From: Amphiscolops sp. MND2022
Lineage: Eukaryota
NCBI GenBank assembly: GCA_964187785.1
Contig: OZ076413.1
Location: 44,766,001-44,830,000 of the forward strand
DNA length: 64,000 nt
Direction of reading: 5' to 3'
Below the pieces are notes generated by a model that saw only the letters and a program-made list of their open reading frames with translations, did not search any database and was not told where the DNA came from. The position numbers and the translations under genes were made by a program. Within the stretch, counting starts at the first letter, position 1; the number at the start of each line of letters is the position of its first letter. Below, piece after piece: positions 10,463-23,900 of the stretch.

Positions 10463-12650
10463 AGAGAACGTCTAAAGTCGGCGCTATATCTAAGGCTCAA
10501 AAAGCACAAAGTTTTTTAAAATGCTCAGAACGTATTTCTGAAAAGCTCAGAAAACAGTTTCGAGACACCCAAAGGGTGCTTTTCACGCTCGATAAGACTC
10601 GGAAACCACTTTTTCCCCAACTGGAACAAAAAAATCTTTAAAAAAACTTGAAATTTTTGAAATTTTTTTCTTTAGGAAAATGTCGCATAGTGCCGAAAAA
10701 TTTAAAGGGGGACCCTTTGGTATTTATTAGCATACATTCTGTTGCAAAATATCAAAAAACTCGAAGGGGGACCCTTTTGAGATATTAAAAAAATTTTCGA
10801 AAAAAAGTCGATCAGTGCCCAAAACAAATCGAAAGGGGGGACCCTTCAGTCTCGTCCGGTTTTGTAGGTTACGTTGAAAAAGTAAAAAAAAGAAAGGGGA
10901 CCCTTCGCACAACATTTTTTCCATTGGCCGGATTTGGCCTGAGTAGATTTAGTAGTTTCTGTAAAAAGTGGACCAATAAGTGTGAGGTCTGTGGTCTGAA
11001 GAAAAAAATTGTTCAATCCACACGAACTGACCAAAATAGTTCTACGAAATTTTAAGGTACCAAATAGGACCATTTGGCACAAAGAACTGAAATATAAAAG
11101 TTTTTTCCCATCGTAACATGCAATACCAGGCGAGACTTAAGAGTCCCCCTTTCAGTTTTTTTCGGCAATGAGAGACTTCGAAAAATTTTTCTCCAAAGGG
11201 TTCGCCCTTCAACTTTTCTGATGTTTTGCGACAGAATGGATGTCCGAAAAGGCCCCCCTTCTAGCGCGCAAGGTGCCCGCGCTAACGGGCCCCGGCGCGC
11301 CAATACGACCCAAAGATTGGGTTTTTCGGGTACTGTCAAAAAGAATACTTGACACTTTGAAGTCCTTTTGCTATTTTTGCACCTTAGATATGGCGCCGAC
11401 TTATGCCGTTCCCGGCTTCTTTCTATTTATTACAAGAATGGCAGATGGATTATCCCAAGAATGGCCGAGGCTTGAAAGAAGAGGAACTGAAAACCTCAAA
11501 ACGTCTGAAAATTCGTTAATCCCAACAGAAATATCGATTGCTAGATTAACACGTCAACGCGAATGAAGTTCAGAAATCAAAAAACAAGCCGGGAACGACC
11601 CAAGTCGGCGCCAAATCTAAGGCTCAAAAATAGCAAAAGGACTTCAATGTGTCAAGTATTCTCTTCTACAGTACCCACGTGAAGAAAAAAATGAAAAAAA
11701 AATTCCGAAAAATTTTCGATTTTTTTCGATTTTCTTCGGTCTCCGGTAAGTCGCATAGTGCCGAAAAATGTAAAAGGGGGCCTTTGGGAGTTTTTGAACA
11801 TACATTCTTTTGCAAAATAGGAAAAAAATGAAGGGGGACCCTTTGGAGACATTCAAAAAATTTGCGAAAAAAAGTCATCAAGCCGGAAAAAACCTGCACA
11901 GAAAAATTTTTGGTCATGGGCGGGACTCGAACTCACGTCCTTCTGCTTGGCACACATCAAAAACTATCCTAATCTCTATGCTAAGTGGCAGTAGAAGTTA
12001 CAAGTGTGGCAGTTAGTGGACGCAGCTTATAAAGCTTATGAAATCTGTCACTTCGTTGGTCAAAAAAAACACAAGCCGGGAACGGCCCCAGTCGGCGCCA
12101 TATCTAAGGCTCAAAAAAGCAAAAGGACTTCAATGTATCAAGTATTCTCTTCTACAGTACCCTCGTGAGGAAAAATTGAAAATGCCGAAAATTTTTGAAT
12201 TTTTCGATTTTGTTTGGTCTCCGGTAAGTCGCATAGTGCCGAAAAATGTAAAATGGGGCATTTCGGAATATTTTGAACATACATTCTTTTGCAAAAGAGA
12301 AAAAATTAAGGGGGCCCTTTGGAGACATTTAAAAAATTTGCGAAAAAAAGTCTCAAAGACGAAAAAACCTGCACAAAAAAATTTTGGCCAGGAGCGGGAC
12401 TCGAACCCACGACCTTCTACTTGGCAGACCTCAAAAAACCGTAACCTCTATGCCAAGTAGCAGTAGAAGTAGTGTGGCACAGTTTAGTCTCAGTGCAAGT
12501 CAGCTTATAAAGCTTATAAAATCTGTCAGTTCGTTGGTCTTGAGAAAAGAAAAAGTAACTATAGTCTGCGTTTTCTACGAAATGCTCCGACTAAAAAAGG
12601 AAAGTCACTGCTATAGTCTGCGTTTTCTACGAAAAACACCGACTAAAAAA
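10463..12650. mobile_element. Cluster of Helentron-associated non-autonomous repeats (HINE/DINE-1-like), about four copies in both orientations
   Basis: Recurrent ends AACAAG-hairpin-AGTCGGCGCCATATCTAAGGCTC (10463, 11584, 12069; inverted at ~11385-11418) and CCGACTAAAAA (12588, 12640). Confidence 0.7.
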
Positions 12651-12748
12651 TTAGAGGAAGAAGAGGAAAAAGAAAGAAGAGGAACTGAAAACGTTAAAAC
12701 ATCTGAAAATTCGTTAATCCCAACAGAAATAACGATTGCTAGATTTAA

Positions 12749-14449
12749 CCCTCTTTTGCAATTTGTTACTTAAAGGTAACAAAGCTGCGGACCAATTTTC
12801 AGCCACGCACACAACAATTCATCTTAAAAATCTTGCGTCATCATGACGTGTGAACAAATTCCGAGCAGTGAAGCTGCAATCTGATTGGTTCCGAAGTCCA
12901 AATATTCAACAAAATGAAAATTAAACTCCAAAATTGAACAGTCGGTACAGTCGAAAGCGTTGAAACTTACTTCTGAAATTATGTCATTGTAACCTAATTT
13001 CAGCTAGTATTGCAAAGAACAAAATGTATTCGCATATATCAGAGAGAATTCATCTCATTTCAAAACTTTGCACGCGCGTGTTATTTCCGAGCTTTCTATT
13101 TGCATTTATGTGTATGTAATTTAAATGTAACTATGCAAATCATCAGCTTGAACAAATTTCATTTTTTTTTTCGATAAAAATATTTGATATTCTCGTGCAA
13201 TGGCAAGATGGATACACAACTATCTGTAGTTTATTCGATATCTGGCTTACAAAATAGTTGAAGTAGGCATCAGCAGCAAAATTGGGAAAAGTTTTATCGT
13301 CGCAGAAAAATCATGTTTTATGGACAGATGGCTCCAAAGGCATTTACAAACCCTCAGAGTTATCTTGGCAAAATCGTGATGATTTCATGAACGTGAAACT
13401 TCAATAGGCTGCTGACTTGCAATGGGAAGGAACTATTATCCAAATCAGGAGAGCCGAGGAAAGTTCAACCCTATACTTCACAATCGCCAAGCTGTTCAAA
13501 GCAGAGAATGTACAGACGCGTGTGAAACAGACTGTGAATCAGAAAATGAACATCCGTTGAAAATACGTTGCGAAAATCAGATCAACAAGGAGAGTCACAA
13601 CATTTGGACATTGCAAGGACAATCTTTTCGAGTATCTGTTCCAAGGAGAGAGGTTTCTTTCTTCTGGTGTTAGGGATCCCATTGACTACTTCAAGGAATA
13701 TTTTGATGAGGAGTTCGTGACAACCATTTGTGAAAACTCCAATTTGCATGCTCGGTTCAAAGATATCAATTCTACTTTCAATTTGTCACAGGCTGACTTC
13801 AAAATTTATATGGGCGTGTTGTTCTAGATGAGTCTCTTGGCCATGAACAATACCAGAAGGTATTGGGCAACCTACAGTAGGGTCAATCTTCTAGCGGATC
13901 AGATGTCTTTGGGTGTTTTCGAGAAAATCAGAAGTTACATTAATTTTGTTTTACCTCAGACAAAGTCCTGGGAGACCTCTGCCTTCAGCTGTAGATCATG
14001 ACAACTTGACAAAAAGGAAACGAGGTCCAACGAAACCAATTCCCGAGAAACAGATTAGACTGGACAACTATAACCATTGGGCTATTTATGCCGATAAGCA
14101 TGGACGTTGCAAATTTCCTAATTGTACATGCAGTGTTTACACAAAATGCAAAAAATGTGATACGTTTCTTTGCTTGACATCCAGCAAAAACTGTTTCAAG
14201 GACTCTCATACCAAATAATTTGTAAACTCTCGTTTTCAGATGCGAAAAGTGCAAAATTGGTGTCGGAAATGAAATAAAAGTGATTCACACTGTTTTCGTT
14301 TTCCTGTATAGTTACATTTAGGTAACAAAAATCTACAAGATTTTATATCTGAAAAAACTGCATCCATATGAGAAAATGGTCTACCACAAGCGAGTTGAAA
14401 AGATCAAATATTTTTTTTCGATGGTTTTCAATATTCATACAGAAGAGGG
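12749..14449 (+). mobile_element. Internally deleted piggyBac DNA transposon (1.7 kb)
   Basis: TTAA|CCCTCTT…AAGAGGG|TTAA. Transposase N-terminal remnant (DPIDYFKEYFDEE…RRYW…FEKIRSY, 13675-13940) is joined to the C-terminal Cys-rich domain (RLDNYNHW…RCK..C….CKKC..FLC…..CF, to 14218), with the DDD core missing. An empty-site paralog lies at ~11535-11578. Confidence 0.9.
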
Positions 14450-14991
14450 TTAACACGTGAACGCGACTGAATTTCAGAAATAATAAAAAAAGGAAAATAG
14501 GAAATGCTGCTTAGATAGAAAGAAGATATTAGAGCAAAAATTCGATACAAAAATCTTTCCGGTATTTCCTACACAAATTGTTCACTCAAAAAAAAAGATG
14601 GCTGAAATACATGTGACAAAATGAGAAGTAATAAGCTAGGAGCTGCATAACTTTAGGCTCCAAAAAAATTACGGGGGGCGTGGTATTAATGAAATAAAAA
14701 CGGAACAAAATCCGTTGAAATGTTTCGGAAGTTTCCAAAAATGCACTTCACTTTGAGCCTCAAAAATATGGGACTGTTTAAATAAAGTCGCGAAAGAACT
14801 GTTTATACTCGGGATTGAACTCAAAACATTGTGCTCAGGAATCGTGCAGGTTAACCACAGCTATCTTTCTTCAAAAAGTTAATTCCATAAAATTGAAAAA
14901 ATGCACAGCCGAAAATCAATGATAACGCTCGGCTCTTTTAGTAAACAGAAAGCACTGAATAAACTAAGGAAACGAGGATAAATTAACTTAC

Positions 14992-17900
14992 CTGTTGTCC
15001 ATTGTAATCATGACTGGAAGAAGCTACACTTGGAAGACTGTCTTCAGACTTGTGTTTCTTCTTGCCCAATTTTTTCCCAAACAAAGACTTCGGTCTAAAT
15101 TTCAATGGCACTTGTGGCATAACTCCTAAGCGGTGTCACTCGAAACTGGCCTCTTCCATCTCACTCACTTCGCTTGCTTTCATTCGTTAAACTGCTCTGC
15201 TCTCCTTTGAATATGTCGACATCGAAAGGAGCAGCCATTCAGAAAATAATGGCCAATCATCAGTGTTGAATACTTCTAAGAACGGCAAATGACTGATCGT
15301 TCAAAGTAGTTACACATTTGGCTACAAACAAAGGTATGAAGAGTTGATAGACGTTGATCAAAAATGGATTCCAATGTGACCCATTCATGAGAAGAAATGA
15401 ATGAAAGCGTTATTGGTCTGTTTCTTTGATGGTTGCTTTGACATTGCCACTGTTTCCTTCTTCCGGGTACGGTTTCCTTCTTTTGTATGATGATGATGAT
15501 TAATTATGATTAGTTGTGCTTGGTTGATGTAACAGTGACCTCATGTATGTTTACCCCATCTTCTCTGAAAGTATGATGGTACACTTTGAGAAGCATTGAA
15601 ACATCTTGACGGATGCATCATCTACTTGAGCTAATCATTACAAATATGCATGCATCATAAAACACAATTTGGTATGACGTAATTCTATAATCGAACATGG
15701 GCAATAGAAAAATGCAGGCCCAGCTCAATATTTCTTAATTGACTGAGTTATGAGGCTAGTTTACCTCCGTCCGCTCAAAAATTTGTTCCTTCTTGAGAAT
15801 GAAGGAGTCAAATTTTTGCAAAGTTGCTACAAATATTTATGCAGAAATGATAATTTAGATCCGAATTCTTTTCATACCATCAGAAGGTGTGATCATTTTA
15901 GGCATTGGGTTGGCTTTGGTTATTTGCAATTGAACACATTCTCACAGATTTTTCCTTATAAAAAACGAGTTTTTTATACTACTTATAAAAAACAAACGAG
16001 TTTTCTATACTACTTATAAAAAACAAACGAGATTCTCACAGATTTTTACTTATAAACAAGACGGGAACGTCTACAGTCGGCGCTATACCTAAGGTTCAAA
16101 AATCTCCATGTTTTTAAAATATGCCCAGGACGTTTTCATGAAAAACGCACAAAAAGTTCCGAAACAGCGAAAAGGTGTCTTTCGTGCTCGGAAAACGCTT
16201 CAGAAATTCGGATATAGAGTGCTGAGACAAATGCGGGCGACTTTTTTTCAAATGTCGGTCGAACTCTTAGCTGAAGCCTCATCGAAAAAAACTTCTATAT
16301 GCGTTTTCATTGGTGGCAAACTGTGTTACTAGAGTGTGACAGTAACTTAGCAAACAGTTGCTGTTATTGGGAAAAATTTAATTTTCTAAAAAATATTTTT
16401 TTTGCAAATTTTCACTTTCTTCCAGTTACTTTCTTGCCGGTGGTTTGGAAAACAAACGATATTGACACAAATAACAACTCGCCCCAAATAGTTCAAAAAA
16501 TTGTTGATAAGACAAATTCATTTTCCTAAATGCTTTTTGCGTTTCGTAATTTATTGATTGTGAAAAAAATCGCTGTCGTCATTTGAGGACGAAAATACTA
16601 ACGCGGTTATAAAACGCAAAACAGATCCGATTTTATGTCAAAAATTCGGATATAGTGCAATGTTTTCGAACCTCCACCTACAAAATTCGGATAGTGTTGA
16701 AAAAAATTATCGGTGAATATATATTGAGAAAACCCAAAATCAAACGAAAAATGCCAATTGCGAAGTCTCACAGTGCCGAAAAATCTAAAAGGGGGGACTA
16801 TCCATTATTGAAGGGAGATTTAAAAAATTTCAAAAAAAGTCTCACAAAGCCGACAAAAGGAGTCTCAGTGCCGGAAAAATATACAAGGCGACCCACCCAT
16901 CGGTCTCGGACGGTTTTGCAAATGCACAAAAATTGGCTCAAGCAGGGATTCGAACCCGCGACCGCTGGTTCCCCTAAACGGATTAAAGTCTGTACTTTAA
17001 GTGGTACCAATAGGGTGAGCTCTGTGGTCTGACGAAAAAAAACTAGCCAGTTTTTTGGGACACTTTTCGCTCAGTCGGACACTTTTCGCTCAGGAAAAGC
17101 ACAGACTAACAACGAACGAGTTTATCACTTTATACAAGGGAATATTTGATGCGTGAAGCTTTTAAATCAGCAATTGCTTGAAATCTTAAATGCAAAAACT
17201 CAAGCATTTACACCACTCAGCGTACAAATAATCAACACTCGTTCGCATCATCTCAATGAAAGCATGCTGCGAAAATTGAAGCAAGCCGGGACCGGCACAA
17301 GGTGGCGCACGGCTCAAGTTTCAAAAAATCAAGTTTCTTAAATATGCAAAGAATACTATTTTTAAACTTTTATGAATTTCTCAGTGACAAAATACCCCAA
17401 AGGATACGCATAAGACTCAGAAACCACAAAAAGTAGCTTTCAGCTCCCAAAACTACTTTTTCTCAAGCCGCAATCAGTTATGAAAGCAGGGGGTACCATT
17501 TGACCGAAAGAAAGTTTCGGAAAAAAAATACGCACGAAGCTGGAAAAAGGCATTTTGCACAGTCATCAAGAAAAATAGTCAGTTCCACAGGATCAAAAAA
17601 GAACAAAGAGGTCACCCTCAAGACTCTGGAAACATGTTTCCTTTACAGACAACTTCAAAAAACTGAAAAAAACTCGAACTTGTTTACTTCGGTAAATCGC
17701 ATAGTGCCGAAAAGACTAAAAGTAGCCACCTGTGCTAGCAAAAGGCTTTGTTTCTGCGGAAAATCGAAGGAGGGAGTTCATGTTTGAGAAACAAACTCTA
17801 AAAAATGTCGCATAGTGCCGAGAGAAATCGAAAGGGGACAATTTAGTCTCGTCCGGAAGTGTATGATCACGCTAAAAACGGAACAACTATTATAGTTCAG

Positions 17901-20900
17901 TTCCCTGGGCCAAATGGTCCAATTTGTCCACAGAAAACCTTGTAGAACTTTTGATAGAACTATTTTGGCCAGTTCGAGTGAATTGAGAAAAAATCACTTC
18001 TATACTCGCGTTTCACTTCCTGGAGCAACCGACTAAAAAAGTGGGTCGATAGAAATTTGGACCAATAGAAGTTTGATAACTACGGTTTCTATAACTTTTC
18101 AGCTCACGCAGAATGATCAACGATCCGACCACAGCCCAGCGGGAGATTTTCTGCCATTTTCACCCGTTCTAGCAACAACAATTATGAGGCTCCGGTGTAG
18201 CCCATGAAAAGGCAAAGAAATCGAAAGCATGGAAGCTTTTCGATCCATCATATCACATTTTGGAAGGAAAGACTCAATTTAAGAACACACTAAGTACCTA
18301 AATGGCTTGTTGTTGAACTGTGAGAACGCCATTACCCACCTAAACTTTCGAAAAAATGCAACCCAAATGCCAAATACAGTCTAAAATTGAGAATAAAGAA
18401 AAAAATCAAGTACCGAAATCATCAGAGTCTGAGATTGGCCCAATTTTGACTTTCGAGAATGGTAAATTGCTCGATAAAATCTGCCCAAAGCCAGCTACAG
18501 TGTAAAAGTTACAGCCACCTGGTCAGCTGATTGCGGACTCGAAGCTGTGAAATTCGCTCTAGTTCACAAGGTCTGACTGCCGGTTGTTGACTTATCGCTT
18601 TTTTCTCCGCAAATTGCTCTTTCCAAAGACCATATCACTAAGCTAGAGGTTACGAGTTTGCTCGAAAGTCAACTTTGTGAGTTGGAAGAGACTGAAACCT
18701 GAAACCAAGCTAACACAATCCTAACGTCCCAAAATTCTTCGGCATATTGTGAAAATTCTCAAAAAAACATGCTCAGTAGCCATAACGTTTTAAAAAAATA
18801 TTCGCAAAACCATGGCAATGTCCAAACGTTGAACAAAATCGGTGTATGCAGTGAAAAGTTGAAACTTTTGTCATTTTTCAATTCAATCCACGTAGTTTCT
18901 TCCAAACAAAGTATATTTCATATTTCCATATTTGAAACGCTCTGGATAATACATATGAAAAGGTACTGCAAAATCGCAAACATTGTGAGAAACCGTCTCA
19001 CAAAAACAAATTCGAAATTGCAACACAAAACAGTCCGAGTATGCTGTCAAAAATTGGGAAACTTTGTACCATTTCTGTTGCCATTTCGAAACCTTTTTTT
19101 GACAAAAAAGTCCACCTTTTTCACCCAAATTACGTACTCAACAGCTTAATGTTTCAACGTTCAGGTCAGTGGAAATTCTAATCTACGAAACAGTCCAAAT
19201 ATTGAACAAAATTGGGACGGATTTGCCAAAAAACGAGCATTTTGCGTTGATTGTTAGAGTTGTTTTTGAACTAGTTGTCTGCAAAAAAAAAGTTGACAAC
19301 TAGGTTTGTCGTCTTTGAACTTCTTTTTGAAGTTTATAACTCACAAAATTTCTCCAAATCTTTACGAAAATTGCATAAGAGGTCAATTATCTGAATTTTG
19401 GATTTTTATACTTCTTTGGTTGGGGTCAATCTGGGGTGTGTTTCCAAAAAACGGCTAATTTCGTTCAAAAATTCAAAAAGCGTACTGCATAGCTAGTTCA
19501 ACCGTGCCCGGGCTTTTGGACTAATCTTAACCACAAAATCTTCTGAAAATTTTTACAGAAATTGCAGAAAACGTGAAAAATTGGAAAATGTTGGATTTTT
19601 CGACCAATTTAGGGATTTTCGAGGTACTTTTCTAGCAAAAAACGACAAATTTCACTTCACAAAAGAGTACTGCATAGCTAGTTCTTTCGTCGTTGAAGCT
19701 TTTGAACCTTCTAACCAACTTTTTGAAAAATGCCAGATTGACCTTAAAGAAAAAACTTCGGAAGTTTTAACTGGTCCAGGCAATTTTGGTACAGTTTCAA
19801 AAGCAAGCTTCCGGCGGTATGCAGATGCAGTTTCGAAGATTAAACGAATAGCTTCTTTGCATGTTTTTAAATAGAAATATACAGGCTTTAGAGCTTTAAA
19901 AACCTTAATATAACCGAATAAGCAGGGAACGGCCTAACCGTGCTTAAAACTCTAAAAGAGCTAAGTGTCTCAAGCATGCCTAGTCAGCGATAAAGAAAAT
20001 TCTCATATATCTGAGAATCATATAACTCAGGCCCGAGAACACTTTCATTTAAAAAAAAAATCAAAAATATCGATTTAGTTTGCGCCAAGATCACCGTGGC
20101 TACAGGAAACAAAATGTAATTTGTAAAATAATATCTGGCAGTTCGGCTGATTTTGAAAAAGTCGCCACGATAGTCTGAACTTTTTAAGAAAGGGCAGACA
20201 AAAAACCGCTGGAGGGCAACTTCCACAATCCATTTCAGCGCTTTTTTCTGCACGTTCAGCAGAATTTGCCAATTCGGACTCACAGAAAAGGAATTCGCGT
20301 TTATGAATAAAGTAGGTTCATCATTTTAACCCATAACCTAGCAAAGCTTCAAAGCAGCCTCTGCGCTTTTCAACATCTGAATCATTTTTACACTAGCAGA
20401 TATTCTTCAACATAGTATACAATTCACATTTTGGCACAACAGTTGAATAAATGGATTTTCTGATTAATTTTGGTTTTTCAAATCCTCGGAAATGTCAGCA
20501 GGGTTGACGGAACGTCGGAAGCTAATTTTTCATTTTGCCGGTCTTATCAGACTATAAGAATAGATTTTTTTTGAATTTGCTAATTCTACTTAACCCTAAA
20601 CAACCCAGCGTTACTTTAAAGTCGCGTCGCATACCCTTTTTTTCAATTTCTAGTCCGCTTTGCCAGTAGCCCATATTCTCTAGCCTAGTTTTGTTTTCAA
20701 CAATTCTTTTGTACCTAGATTGGTTTCAATGACACAAGCATTAGGAAAAGTGAATATGTCTCCAAAACTGAGAAAAATGAGTTTTTTGCACAAAATATTG
20801 CTTTTCTAAATTTCAGTTTTTGGCGAAATCCAGTTTTCTCAAAAAATCTTGCCTCATAGCAAAAACCAACCTCATACACTTGCACAACAAATTCTTTACG

Positions 20901-23900
20901 CAACAAATCCCAATAATATTCTGTTGTTACTACAAGCCCCCGAAGTGCGGTACAAGCCCCCGAAAGCGAAAAAGAAACAAAATTCTGAAGGAGGGGGCGC
21001 GCGGCGACAGGGGCTCACCTGACCAAAATGAAAGCCCAATACCAGACATTTCAAACGCGCTATAGTTTGTTTCTCTGGTACGCGTAGTTGTGGAGATATT
21101 GACGATTTAAATTTTTTAATCCAATTTTTTGAAAAATTGCAAAAACGCCCGGGTCTTTTAGGGTTAAAATGCTTTGTATACTTTTCGAAGTTTAAAAAAA
21201 TAGTAGTCCCGAAAAATTCAATAGCTGCTTTTTTTCTGAATGATGTTACTATCATTTTTTCTCGCGCAGAAAAGGTCGATTAAAGACGGAGAGCTGATTG
21301 GGTAGATTAGTTTATCAATCTTGCAGAGTAGTTGGTTAGCTTAGTTAATCAATTCTCTCTCAAATGAAACTTGGGAAAACAATCATCCAATGAAACTTTT
21401 CATAGAAACTTTAATTTGCGAAGTTCAGATAATTTCGGATTTCAGAGATCACGAATTTTTCCTTCGGCATTTGTAAAGATCTAAATCAACTGAGACCCGT
21501 TAATCCGTTCTTTCTGTATTCTTTATGAATGGAAACGCATACGATTACGTTAATATAACCTCCCAATTCATTTTCCAAATCGATCGTGTAATTGGATATT
21601 ATGCCATTCGATATTTTTGCATTTGATTTCCCGCATTAAAGCCCAAAACTTGTCAGCCTTTAAATGAATGAATATTTCTAAATTTTCGACTCAAAATTTG
21701 TAAACGCAAAATGTTAATAACCAGAAATTCGAGAAGAAATGGATGTAAACTTGGACGCAAAATTTAAAGACAAATGATCGCTATCAGAAGATTCTTTCAT
21801 TCAAAGCAACGAGTATAAAAGCGAAATTTGATTGATTAGCTGATTAAGGTCAGTAAGTGCAGTATATACATCCAACAGAATCAATCTTATTTCATTTGGT
21901 TAACTATGACAATCATTGTTGCTTACTAGATAAATTTCAGAAGGTTCTACAATTTGGTTAGTTTTTGTTTAAAGCTGAGATTCAGGATGCTATGAGCACA
22001 TTCCATCTTATGTGAAACAGACGAAAACTTTATAGGAAATACATAATTATGGACGATGTTCAAACATCGAAGTTTTTCCAAGACTTTTTTTGCATCCACT
22101 ATATTTACTCGAACATAGTCGCGGCTTTATACTTTTGGATTAATGCACTTTTCCCAGTCAAAAATCTAGAGAATGTATTGCTTGGGATCATTTTAAAATC
22201 ACTTAAAAGCTGTGCAAACTCAAAATAATCATTAAGTGGAATCCACTAAACATTAAAAAAACTAATTCCTATCGCCACAAAAGAGCAGATTGGCATTTCT
22301 CATTTGCGTCACCTATTTTAGAACTTCCTAGTTGTTGCACAGTGCGAAAATGTACGTTTATGGTTAAAAATCTATTACTGCATACCATTGAACAGCTGAC
22401 TCTGGGGATCCAAATGAGAGATCTCAAAGGATCCACTTTCTCGTCTCGAGAATTTTTAGAGGGTCTAAATTAGGAGTCTGGGGTTCTGAATTTGAAGTTT
22501 TGCTGAAAGCACCCAACAAAAAACATTTACAGCTTGAAACAAGCGGGGAACGGCCCAGTTCGGCGCCCCGCTCAACGTTCACATAAAGCAAGGTTTTATA
22601 AAATGCAGAGATACCATTGAGAAAAATACCCAAATGCAAACGTCAAAATTCGGAATTTTTCAATTTTCTTGAAAATTTTATACGGAAAAGTCTTATAGTG
22701 CCGAAACGGAGCTTTGAGTTGGCCAAACGCTTTTCAGGCCGAAAGCATTTATAAAAATGAAAGGGGTACCATTTGACCAAATGCAAAATTTTCCAAAAAA
22801 TCGTAGCTATTTTCCATTATTTTTGAGAAAACTCTCAGTCCCACTGGACCAAAAAAATTATCAAAGAGGATACCCTTAGGACTCGGAAGTTTTTCTCACC
22901 CTTTGTTTTAGCTAAAATTTAAAGGGGGCACTTCCGATCAGTGACTCCGTAAAAATAATGGCATTTTATGGACAAAAAGCCATCAATAATTTCCCTAATA
23001 CTTCGCAAAAAAATTATTTCCTTAACTTTCTGAAAAAATAAATAATGGAAATAATGGTAAATTTCCAAAACAATTTGAATAGCAAAACTCAAACTACATT
23101 ACGCAGGAAATCAATTCGGCATCCCATAATTTTTTATTGATTGATAAGTTCAGCTTACAGGTGCATTGGTGTGATGTGTCTTGAGTGTGTTCTTTGCTAG
23201 ACAAATTAAAAATTTTGATCACACGTTTTGTTTGCTTTCCACTTCTGTTGGCGTCAAAATTATCTTAAATTATTTTAAGTATGTGAAATAAATTACTTCC
23301 CTAAACTCTGAGAATAAATAATTTTTATTTTCGTAATGAAAAATGAATAATTTATGGCCATTATTTCCATAAAATTTTTTTTTCGGAGTCCCTGCTTCCG
23401 ATTTTAAAAACTTCGGGGAAAAGTCGCACAGGGCAGAAAAAACAAAGGGGGACCCTTTGGTTTACCTCTAATTTCGCAAGCATAAAACGTTGGTTTAGCG
23501 CGAGACTCAAACCCTCGTACTCCTGCTTCTCGAACCTCGGAAAATCCGAGTTGACCTCTATGCCGGCAGTTAGAAGACAAAAGCTACTATGAGTTTATAG
23601 AGTTTTGGGATCATTTTAAAATCTCTTAAAAGCTGTGCAAACTCAAAATAATCCTTAAGTGGAATCCACTAAAACCACTTAAAAATCACGAAACCTCTAT
23701 GACGGCAGTTAGAAGATAAAAGGTACTATGAGTTTATAGAGTTTTATAAATCTGTCAGTTCGTTGGTCTTTTAGGTCACTGCTATAGTCTGTTCTATCTA
23801 CGAAAGCGCCTACTAAAAAAACTTGAATTATGATAGACAGGAAAACGTATAGAGGATAAGCGAAAAATGCATTTCAGGCAGGCAAAACTGCCTTATCGTT

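Noticed and set aside
12390..12432. Functional tRNA gene
   Set aside because: Only a T-arm/3'-half-like stretch is visible; there is no complete cloverleaf, and it is embedded in a repeat.
10432..12773. Numerous short K/F-rich ORFs (also 16-18 kb, 36-39.6 kb, 63 kb)
   Set aside because: They fall inside HINE repeats with homopolymer runs, and frames are not conserved between copies.
18050..22150. Coding potential in this AT-rich stretch
   Set aside because: Only short ORFs without recognisable motifs; probably intronic or old repeat DNA that I cannot classify.
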